Part shown: positions 9,335 through 17,353 of the stretch, piece after piece
Position numbering within the stretch: position 1 is the first letter of the stretch
Layout: each line of letters starts with the position of its first letter
IMG/VR virus record: IMGVR_UViG_3300020409_000054
Span: 1 to 30,144 of that record
Length of the DNA stretch: 30,144 nucleotides
Source of the DNA: a virus
Taxonomy: Duplodnaviria > Caudoviricetes
Direction: 5' to 3' (one strand)
Program-made: the position numbers and the translations under genes
The notes under the pieces: generated by a model
What the model was told of the DNA's origin: nothing
The model's database searches: none
What the model saw: the letters and a program-made list of their open reading frames with translations, nothing else

Positions 9335-10726
9335 TTAGAGTGTCATTACTACTTTAATATCTTCAGTTTGATTATCATTTCTAATTACAGGTGCTCTATT
9401 TTCTATATATAAAATATCACCAGTTGTTATATCATATCCTTCAAATGAAAATGAACTATCACCAGCACCAGGACCTGCATCAATTAGCGTTGCAGTAACA
9501 GAACCATTTGTAATTGTATCTCCAACTAAAAACTCTGTAAACCCTGAACTATCATTTTGATGAAAGTAAACTCGATTACTATCAACCTGATCAACAAAAG
9601 CTCGAGCTGGTGGAGTTTTACTATTCGTAATTAAATCGTCCACTGCAAAGCTTGATGTTGATGATGTTTTTAAAAATCTTAAAGCTTTTTTAGAAGTTGC
9701 TGTAACTACACCGAGTGAAGATTCTGGATCTCTTATTAACATTACTTGTCTAAAATCAGAACCAGTTCCACCGTGTGAACTATTATCTGCAACTAAAAAT
9801 GTTGAGTTTTCATTGCCTGCTGGTTTTGAATTAAACATAATAGATGTTGATTTTAAGTCGTCTCGTGGATCAGCACCTATACCGTTAGGTGGTCCAAGAA
9901 TAGCTCGAGCTTTTGCTCCACTTCCACCGCCAGTATCAGTAATCACAATTGATGCGTTATTGTAGTTTTTACCAACTGCAGTAACATCTATTTTTGTTAT
10001 TGAACCGTTTACTACTGTTGCAGTTGCGGCAGCACTATCACCGTTGCTACCATAAGCGGTGCCATTACCAGTTATTCTAACACTTGTTGTGCCTTGTGTA
10101 TAGTTTGTTCCTCCATCAGTTACTACAATACTTATGACTCCACCTTTGATCGCTTGAAGTTGAACATTTCTTTGTTGTAATAAAAAGCTGTCTGAAGAAT
10201 CAAAAACATTGTCAACTTTTTTGACGGGCATAAAATTTGCTGATAAGAAAGCACTTGCATCTGATGAAGATAAGGCATATAAAAATTTCCACGTATAACC
10301 GTCAGCTGTGGTAAATTGTGTCAATGAAGTACCAGTCGGTTTTACAGTTGATACGTTTGCATTACCATTGGCATCTTTACTTTGTTGTAAACATATATAA
10401 ACTTGATTATCTTCAGTTAAAACATAATAACTATTAGTTGGATAAGTTGCAAAAGTATCATCATATGCATCATATATTGCACCTTGTGACCAAGTTCTTC
10501 TTGGTACAACATAAGATGCGGCAGCAACAGCTTTTACAGATTGTAAACTTGTTCTTGCATCTCTTATTGATTTTGGCGTATCTGTAGGAGTAGGTACTGT
10601 TTCGTCTACATTCCATTGATCATTTTTACCAATACCAATATAATATCGATTAGTTAAATTATCAACTTCATCTAGTACATTTTGTAATAATTGTTTTTTA
10701 AACGGGTCTGTAATTATTGCTGACAT
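9335..10726 (-). CDS. gp8: Baseplate wedge subunit gp8
   Basis: MSAIITD start; YVVPRRTWSQG..YD.Y, YYVLTEDNQVYICL and DGYTWKFLY motifs; C-terminal GDILYIENRAPV.R...QTEDIKVV. Confidence 0.9.
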   Translation of the reverse strand: MSAIITDPFKKQLLQNVLDEVDNLTNRYYIGIGKNDQWNVDETVPTPTDTPKSIRDARTSLQSVKAVAAASYVVPRRTWSQGAIYDAYDDTFATYPTNSYYVLTEDNQVYICLQQSKDANGNANVSTVKPTGTSLTQFTTADGYTWKFLYALSSSDASAFLSANFMPVKKVDNVFDSSDSFLLQQRNVQLQAIKGGVISIVVTDGGTNYTQGTTSVRITGNGTAYGSNGDSAAATATVVNGSITKIDVTAVGKNYNNASIVITDTGGGSGAKARAILGPPNGIGADPRDDLKSTSIMFNSKPAGNENSTFLVADNSSHGGTGSDFRQVMLIRDPESSLGVVTATSKKALRFLKTSSTSSFAVDDLITNSKTPPARAFVDQVDSNRVYFHQNDSSGFTEFLVGDTITNGSVTATLIDAGPGAGDSSFSFEGYDITTGDILYIENRAPVIRNDNQTEDIKVVMTL

Positions 10727-10736
10727 ATTCTATTCC

Positions 10737-11666
10737 TTATGATACCGTTACACTACTTTGGTTTCCTACTAAAAACCAGTTTGTTCCATCCCATATACAA
10801 GTACAACCATCAAACTGTGCTAAAACAAACTTAGTGTCTGTACCTCTAAAACTTGCTGGTGTTACATGCATTGCGCCTGCACCTTTGTTTGTAAAAATTT
10901 TATATTCACCTACTGTTGTTCCATCTGCAAGTGATACATTTAATTGTGAACCTTTATTACCAACTATCAAAGTAGCTGCAGTACTTGCCGCACCGTTAGC
11001 AGTTATGGTCGAAGAACTAAAGGCCGCTTTATTCAACTCAACTGAACCTGTTCCCTTTGGAGTCATAATTATATTTAAGTTGGCTCCAGTACCAGTAGCA
11101 GAAAGTGTTGGACCAGTTGTTGATGCACCGTTTGCAAGTGTTAATTCGTTAACCGCACCCGTAGTTGCTGTTACCTTAATAAGCTCATTTCCGTTTACAT
11201 CATTTAAAGAAGTTCCAATTTTCGGTGTATTTAAAGTCGGTGATGTTAATGTTTTATTAGTTAAAGTTTGAGTGGCAGCTATTGTAGTAAACGTTCCAGC
11301 ACCGCTTGGTATGTTTATTGTACCACTGTTTGATATTGATGAAATAACTGGTGTAGTTAATGTTTTATTTGTAAGAGTTTGTGTGGCTGAATCAAGTACT
11401 AAGTTTCCACTAACGTCTGGTAAAATAATATCTCTATCCGCTGTTGCATCTTTTGCTTTTAATCTTATTTCAAAATCATTGGCAGTTGATCCTTCAAAAA
11501 CAATTGCATCATTTTCTAAAGATATTTCAGTTGATAGGTTATTACTATCAGCTAGAAAAGTATAGATTTCTCTAAAGTTAGCATTTATCTTAGTGCCAGC
11601 TGTTCGTAATGTATCTCCATTACCGTCATTAGCCGCACTTCCTATACCAATATTTTGTCTAGTCAT
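10737..11666 (-). CDS. gp9: gp9/gp10-like baseplate-fibre connector
   Basis: N-terminal IGIGSAANDGNGDTLRTAGTKINANFREIY is the gp9/gp10 N-terminal motif. Two TQTLTNKTLT(T/S)P repeats. Confidence 0.7.
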   Translation of the reverse strand: MTRQNIGIGSAANDGNGDTLRTAGTKINANFREIYTFLADSNNLSTEISLENDAIVFEGSTANDFEIRLKAKDATADRDIILPDVSGNLVLDSATQTLTNKTLTTPVISSISNSGTINIPSGAGTFTTIAATQTLTNKTLTSPTLNTPKIGTSLNDVNGNELIKVTATTGAVNELTLANGASTTGPTLSATGTGANLNIIMTPKGTGSVELNKAAFSSSTITANGAASTAATLIVGNKGSQLNVSLADGTTVGEYKIFTNKGAGAMHVTPASFRGTDTKFVLAQFDGCTCIWDGTNWFLVGNQSSVTVS

Positions 11667-11688
11667 ATAATCTTCCTAATAATAGTTC

Positions 11689-11696
11689 TATTTATA
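11689..11696 (-). promoter_or_regulatory. T4-type late promoter TATAAATA
   Basis: Exact TATAAATA on the minus strand in the intergenic gap upstream of the gp9-like ATG. Confidence 0.8.
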
Positions 11697-11710
11697 CATA
11701 AAAATAATCA

Positions 11711-12673
11711 TTATGAATTAAAAGATGAATCGAATTGTTCATTATCCATTGTTTCGACATCAAGTGAAAAGTCTGGTGTTGAACCGCCTGCACTATCTCT
11801 TACATCACTATCATCAAACGTAAATGATTTAGCCGTAGTAATTTCGTCAACATTACTATAAAATTTTTCAAGTTCTTGTGCAGTAAGTGCTTGATACTCA
11901 CTAACTTTTTCATCAAGTCTTGATCTAAATGTTGTACCATCTGAATCAAATAATGCAGTTAATTGAGTAAATGGTGCAACTACATCTTCAATTACTTCAC
12001 TTACAAGTGTAGGACCAACACTACTATCAAATATTGATAAAGGTGCTAATGGAGATATACTTGCTTCAACGTCTGTAACCACTGAACCTGCTATGTAAAA
12101 TCCAGCTGGATGTACAAACTTTTTATATAATTCAAGCCAAGTGCTTTGAGATAATGGACTTTTGATTAATATTGAAAAAATCTGATACAAAGCGTTATTA
12201 CGAATAAACTTATTCGATTCAGGTCCTATCTTACTTAATGGACCAGATGAATCGTGACCGAGTGTAAAAATATCTTTTTTTGGAAATTCTACATCAGCAT
12301 TAACTTGAAAGAAAGCTCTAAAAAATTCTTCTATTGAAAATCTTGTTCCTTTAGTTCTATGTAGCTCATGTATTCTTTGAGCATAAAAATTTGCGTCAGT
12401 AAAATTATCACCTGTATTGCCAGCAGCTATTTCAGATATCAAATTAGGTAAAAAATTATCCGGTATAGATTGCGTATCTCTTAGCTGAAACAAAGCTCTT
12501 AAATTATGATCAAAAGAACTTGCACCGTCTGAATCTAAAAAATCATAATATTTTTCTAAAAACGTAATAAACTTAGGATAGTCAGTAGTAAAATGTTCAG
12601 GTAAAGCGTCACGTACTTTTCTATCTAAAAAGTTATATGGTCTTCTAAAACTGCTATAATTAATATTACTCAT
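11711..12673 (-). CDS. gp7: Baseplate wedge initiator gp7-like (short form)
   Basis: LPEHF..DYPKFITFLEKYYDFL, TKGT..SIEEFFRAFF and W.ELYKKFVHPAGF motifs. Follows gp6. Confidence 0.7.
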   Translation of the reverse strand: MSNINYSSFRRPYNFLDRKVRDALPEHFTTDYPKFITFLEKYYDFLDSDGASSFDHNLRALFQLRDTQSIPDNFLPNLISEIAAGNTGDNFTDANFYAQRIHELHRTKGTRFSIEEFFRAFFQVNADVEFPKKDIFTLGHDSSGPLSKIGPESNKFIRNNALYQIFSILIKSPLSQSTWLELYKKFVHPAGFYIAGSVVTDVEASISPLAPLSIFDSSVGPTLVSEVIEDVVAPFTQLTALFDSDGTTFRSRLDEKVSEYQALTAQELEKFYSNVDEITTAKSFTFDDSDVRDSAGGSTPDFSLDVETMDNEQFDSSFNS

Positions 12674-14553
12674 TAGTAACCTGAACTAGAACCACTTGAA
12701 GTTGTTGAACCACTTGAACTTGTTTGTGTACCACCACTCAAACTAACTTGTGTATTTTGATAGTCAAGAATAGCATTGGCTTTTGAAATTTCTTGATCAA
12801 GATTTAGTAGTGATGCTCTTAAAGGTCTAATAGTACTTTGATTTGTAGGTAAAGCTGATATTTTTATTGCAGTTCCTTCAAACGCAGTAACATTTAAACC
12901 GGTTAAATCTATTCTACCGGCTGCAGCATTATACGACCCTATATTATCAATTACAACATTACCTGATGTATCCACTACTTCCATAATTGTGCTACTTAAC
13001 CTATTTCGTAAAACACACGATATATTATTAACAGTAAATTTAGTAGATGAAATAATATAAGTTTTATCATCAGGCACTGATATTGGAACTGGAAAATTTA
13101 TATTGTAACTTCTTGTCAATCCTAATGAAGGTGTTAATCTCTGCTGAACTTTAACTTCCATTCTTGTATTTAATATAGCTTCATCTAAATCATCAATAAT
13201 TGTTAATAAGTTTGATCTTCTAAAAACTTGACCAAATTTCTCTAAGTTATTTGCAAAGAATGTTTGTATAGTTGATTGAACAAGATTTTGTGTTGAACCT
13301 GCGGTTCTACTTGTAAGGTCCGGATCAAAATTAAAAGTAGTAGATAATTCTAAAAATGTATTTACTGGATCAACATATACAGTGTCAATGGTTGCAATTG
13401 CAAAATTATCTGTTAGCTCAGATATGATTCTTGATTTAACATTTTGCTGAGTTGCAATATCAACGTCATCTTTAAATTTTAATGAAACATATACTCTACC
13501 ATAAACCGGTGGATCGTTATCTGCGCCACCCCAAGTCGTTACGTCATCTACAAAAGAATTAAAATTTGTTAATATTTGACCTCTATAATCTTCAGCTGTA
13601 ACCATTCTTCTTTGTGATGTAAAATAAATTGGTGCGTTTTGTCTTATTGATTCTATTCCTTCTCTAAAAGATCCACCAGCAGATGCAGTATTAGTCAATA
13701 CTGATAAATTTTGACCTTTTACTTGTACACTTGTACTAAAAACTGTTGCTCCATTACCAGCCGGACCTTTTGTAGATAGATAATCTATTTTAATCATATT
13801 ACCAGCACTCGGAGCTTTTCCAGTACTTAATCCATCACCAAAAATAATTTCATAATATCCGTTTGGAACTTCTTTAATTTGGTAATGAGTTGATGTAGGT
13901 GTTATTCTCTTTGCAGTGTTTATATTAGTATATGTATCAAATGTTGAACCTACAGCAGTATCAAAAACTCTAACTCTTATTGTAGTGGTGTCTATAGTTA
14001 TATCTGGTATTACATATATTTGATTATCGCCTGTATCTCCTACAAAAAAAGTTTTTACTTTTTCAATCCCTTCATAAACTGGTATTTCGGTTATTCCATC
14101 ATCGGTTACAAAGTTATATACACCAGCGGAATTAGGTGTAGCAGTATATTTTTCACGTGTTCTGAATGTATATGAAACATTATCAATTGATGTTGTGAAG
14201 GTTGCTCCTCTTGGTAAATCAACTAAATTTGGTCGATTAGATGCAGATATAGAAATAGATAAATTTAATTTTGCTTGTGATGATGTATAAGATCTTGGAA
14301 CATAACCTAAAGCTTCAGCATGAGATATAATAGAACTTCTTAGTTGTGCAGTATTTAAAAAACTTTCATTAATAGCAAAGTTTGCAATTAACCCATTGAA
14401 ATGTGTATTATATGCTAATACGTCTAATAAATTACTTAATCCAGCAGCTTCAAAATCATAATCATTAAATTCATTTTGCTTCTTAAGATAATCTTTTAAT
14501 CTTGTTTTTATTGTATCAAAATCTAAATCTGTGGATTGAATTGTTGTTGCCAT
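12673..14553 (-). CDS. gp6: Baseplate wedge subunit gp6
   Basis: LDFDTIK..LKDYL, DYDFEAAGLSNLLDVLAYNTH, ESFLNTAQLRSS, YEIIFGDG and QRRMVTAEDY motifs. Confidence 0.93.
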   Translation of the reverse strand: MATTIQSTDLDFDTIKTRLKDYLKKQNEFNDYDFEAAGLSNLLDVLAYNTHFNGLIANFAINESFLNTAQLRSSIISHAEALGYVPRSYTSSQAKLNLSISISASNRPNLVDLPRGATFTTSIDNVSYTFRTREKYTATPNSAGVYNFVTDDGITEIPVYEGIEKVKTFFVGDTGDNQIYVIPDITIDTTTIRVRVFDTAVGSTFDTYTNINTAKRITPTSTHYQIKEVPNGYYEIIFGDGLSTGKAPSAGNMIKIDYLSTKGPAGNGATVFSTSVQVKGQNLSVLTNTASAGGSFREGIESIRQNAPIYFTSQRRMVTAEDYRGQILTNFNSFVDDVTTWGGADNDPPVYGRVYVSLKFKDDVDIATQQNVKSRIISELTDNFAIATIDTVYVDPVNTFLELSTTFNFDPDLTSRTAGSTQNLVQSTIQTFFANNLEKFGQVFRRSNLLTIIDDLDEAILNTRMEVKVQQRLTPSLGLTRSYNINFPVPISVPDDKTYIISSTKFTVNNISCVLRNRLSSTIMEVVDTSGNVVIDNIGSYNAAAGRIDLTGLNVTAFEGTAIKISALPTNQSTIRPLRASLLNLDQEISKANAILDYQNTQVSLSGGTQTSSSGSTTSSGSSSGY

Positions 14554-14554
14554 T

Positions 14555-15028
14555 TTATCTCAACCTTGTTAAATTAATTTCAACTACATCTTGTTGAAGT
14601 GTAGCTATTACTTGGAATGTTACTGTTACTCTTACCTCATTATTATCTGGACTAATCACACTGTTTATATTAAGAACTCTTGCCCTCGGTTCAAATGCTT
14701 CAATTGATTTTACTATTTCATTTTCAAGATCCATGTCATCAACTTCTGTACTTAAACGAAACAATAAAGCTGATAAGTTACCGCCGAACCTATGCATAAA
14801 TGGTCTTTCAGTATAGTTAGTTAACAGTAAATTTCTTATTGCTTGTTTAACAGCTGCCAAATTAGTTTTTTTAAAAACATCAGCTCTTAAATTTGTTCCA
14901 TCACTATCAAGACCAATAAATTTAGCTGAAAAACTCAAGTCAATATCACTATTTTGACGAGTTCGTGCAACATTAATTGATGCTATATTTGTGTTACCAT
15001 CTTCTATAGAAAAAGCACGTGTCGGCAT
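14555..15028 (-). CDS. gp25: Baseplate wedge subunit gp25
   Basis: SDIDLSF, AVKQAIRNLLLTNYTERPF...FGGNL..LLF, FEPRARV and terminal LTRLR motifs. Confidence 0.9.
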   Translation of the reverse strand: MPTRAFSIEDGNTNIASINVARTRQNSDIDLSFSAKFIGLDSDGTNLRADVFKKTNLAAVKQAIRNLLLTNYTERPFMHRFGGNLSALLFRLSTEVDDMDLENEIVKSIEAFEPRARVLNINSVISPDNNEVRVTVTFQVIATLQQDVVEINLTRLR

Positions 15029-15052
15029 ATTAAGTCCTTAAATTCTTTTTTC

Positions 15053-15060
15053 TATTTATA
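15053..15060 (-). promoter_or_regulatory. T4-type late promoter TATAAATA
   Basis: Exact motif in the intergenic gap upstream of gp25; context GTTATAAATAGA. Confidence 0.8.
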
Positions 15061-15066
15061 ACGAAA

Positions 15067-15996
15067 TCATGCATAAGTGCTTCCACTACTTGAACTTCCT
15101 GTACCAGCTGAACCGTATAAATTGTAAATGTTGGCGTTATATGTTGCTTTTGCATGATTCATTGAAGAGTTAGGCATGTAAAATTGTACGCCTTCGTATT
15201 CTTCAAATGTATGAATATGATATGGTTTAGGAACCTTTGTTTGATCAGTATATAGCGGATAAAAATAACCCGTTAATCCTGTACCAAAGCCACTTGAGCC
15301 AGTTCCATAGACAGCAAACGGTTTACTATCATCGGCAGGTTCAACTGTATTCAAAGTTCCAACAGTTTCATCTTCTTTACCTATTTCAATAAATTCACCT
15401 GTTGTTTGAACTGCGTTATTATACCTAGTTTCAATATCATTATTAAATGTTACTTTCCAAGGAGGTATAACTCTTGGCATAATTAATATTAAATCAACGT
15501 GTAAACTACCACTTGGATCAAATGTATCATAGTTTAAAATTAATTTTTCGTATTGAATATTTTGTTTCCAATAAACTGCTAGTTCAAAAGTTTTATCATA
15601 ATCTACTAATCCATCATTTCCAATCAATTCATAAACTACAGCTCTACCCTTAGTTTTTAAATGATTTATACCATCAGTTTTATCGAGCACTTCTGCTGGT
15701 GCAGGTCTGTAATATCCTTCTGAAACAACTAGTCTGTAATTTTCAAAATCTTTACTACCATTAGCTGAATTAATTGTTTTCATAGCTTCAGCGTGTAAGT
15801 AATACTGTTTTGCTAATAATAATCTATCGCTTTCACTAGATAAATTATTAAAAACTACTGGATCATTATACGATCCTAAAAATTTTGACAGTGTTACATT
15901 AGAAGCGAGTTTTGTTCTTGGAGTAATAACACTTTGAAAAGTTGGATCATACTGTGCAGCTGGTACTATATCAGTTGTTTTTTTATCGATTCCCAT
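15067..15996 (-). CDS. gp5-locus protein with a degenerate peptidase M15-like fold and an extra C-terminal module
   Basis: TKLASNVTLSKF, VVSEGYYRP, HLKTKGRAV, YEKLILNY and LHVDL line up by eye with M15 motifs. Lies between gp5-C and gp25. Confidence 0.5.
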   Translation of the reverse strand: MGIDKKTTDIVPAAQYDPTFQSVITPRTKLASNVTLSKFLGSYNDPVVFNNLSSESDRLLLAKQYYLHAEAMKTINSANGSKDFENYRLVVSEGYYRPAPAEVLDKTDGINHLKTKGRAVVYELIGNDGLVDYDKTFELAVYWKQNIQYEKLILNYDTFDPSGSLHVDLILIMPRVIPPWKVTFNNDIETRYNNAVQTTGEFIEIGKEDETVGTLNTVEPADDSKPFAVYGTGSSGFGTGLTGYFYPLYTDQTKVPKPYHIHTFEEYEGVQFYMPNSSMNHAKATYNANIYNLYGSAGTGSSSSGSTYA

Positions 15997-16002
15997 AATT
16001 AC

Positions 16003-17352
16003 CTATATGTTAAATAATCCCTTACCATTTTTAGTTCCTATACTTGAAGAACCTCTAAATGTAGTTGAACTTTTTGGATGAACTTGACCTGTTTTTTCTG
16101 GTATTATAACAGCACCCGCTGGATTTAAAATACCTTCTGAAAAAACAGCTGCTATATAATCTTCATTGTTTAGCGTGTTTGGATCTTTACTAATAGATCT
16201 ATGTCTTTTTAGTGTAACATCATGTTTGGTTATGCCACCATAATTACTTGTTCTATCAATAATATTTTTCATATTTGCGTCAACTTCAACTTCTTTTACA
16301 CCAATATCAGATGTATTTAAAATAGCATTAATTCTTGTATTTGTTGGTTGAGTTGTTTGATTAGTATTTGTAGCAATATTTGATGCGCTATGGCCTCCTC
16401 CTCCAATTCCTGCTGAAACATTTGCAGAAAGAGATTCAGTAGAGCAACCTTGCAAATCACCATGAAACGTTGGTGCAGTAACACCTTCAGTGTATGTACC
16501 TGATGTAGCAAATATATTTTTAGTGTATAATGTTACGTTGTCACCACCAAAAGTACCTGTACTGCTAATAACTGAAATATCATTTCCTGCAATATTAATA
16601 TCAGGTGATGACAATGATATGTTACCTTCACTTGTAGTAATCAATGTACCTTTAACTGAATTTTCATATGTACCTTCTATAGTATAATCAACATTGCCTT
16701 TTACAATAATGTTTTTATCACCTAACACTGTTTTATTGTCAAATCCTAAAATAGTTTCAGATTTATTTTTAGTGACCGCAGCTTCATAATTTCTGCCAAC
16801 ATCTTGAATTACAGAACCTTTTATTGTTTCAACTTTGTCGCCTTGAACATTAATATTATAGTTACCATCAACATCTAAATCAAAATCTCCACCAACTCTC
16901 ATCTTAACGTTTTGTTGATATGCTATTTCAACATCTCCTTCAATGATTACTTTTTCATCACCAAGTGATAATCTTATTGTGTTGGCTGTAGAACTAATAA
17001 TGACTGTTCCGTCAGAACGCATCTCTACGCCAGAACCTGTTCTATGACGCATCATTATTCTTTCTCTACCATAAGTATCATCATACTCTATGATATGACC
17101 AGACGCAGTTTCTTTTACTTGGTTATTAGGATATTCAGATGTAGCTTCAGTTTTCAAATTTAAATTAATACCGGGTACACTACCACCTATATAAACATTT
17201 TTTGTTCTCGTACCACGTGCAATGTTGTTTACAGAAGAAACACCTATGTATTCTCTTCTCGGAAATTTTCCATCTGGATCAGATCTTCCATCATCTTTAT
17301 CTTTTAATGATTCTAATACAGTATTACTTAATCTATTATATTCTCTACTCAT
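16003..17352 (-). CDS. gp5: gp5 C-terminal part (beta-helix spike)
   Basis: EYPNNQVKETASGHIIEYDDT.GRERI..RHRTGS..E...DG is followed by 8-residue V/I-x-G-D/N beta-helix repeats. Confidence 0.85.
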   Translation of the reverse strand: MSREYNRLSNTVLESLKDKDDGRSDPDGKFPRREYIGVSSVNNIARGTRTKNVYIGGSVPGINLNLKTEATSEYPNNQVKETASGHIIEYDDTYGRERIMMRHRTGSGVEMRSDGTVIISSTANTIRLSLGDEKVIIEGDVEIAYQQNVKMRVGGDFDLDVDGNYNINVQGDKVETIKGSVIQDVGRNYEAAVTKNKSETILGFDNKTVLGDKNIIVKGNVDYTIEGTYENSVKGTLITTSEGNISLSSPDINIAGNDISVISSTGTFGGDNVTLYTKNIFATSGTYTEGVTAPTFHGDLQGCSTESLSANVSAGIGGGGHSASNIATNTNQTTQPTNTRINAILNTSDIGVKEVEVDANMKNIIDRTSNYGGITKHDVTLKRHRSISKDPNTLNNEDYIAAVFSEGILNPAGAVIIPEKTGQVHPKSSTTFRGSSSIGTKNGKGLFNI

Positions 17353-17353
17353 A

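Noticed and set aside
10717-11565. Plus-strand ORFs of 184 aa and 97 aa
   Set aside because: Antisense shadows of the gp9-like gene, with no RBS or recognisable motif.
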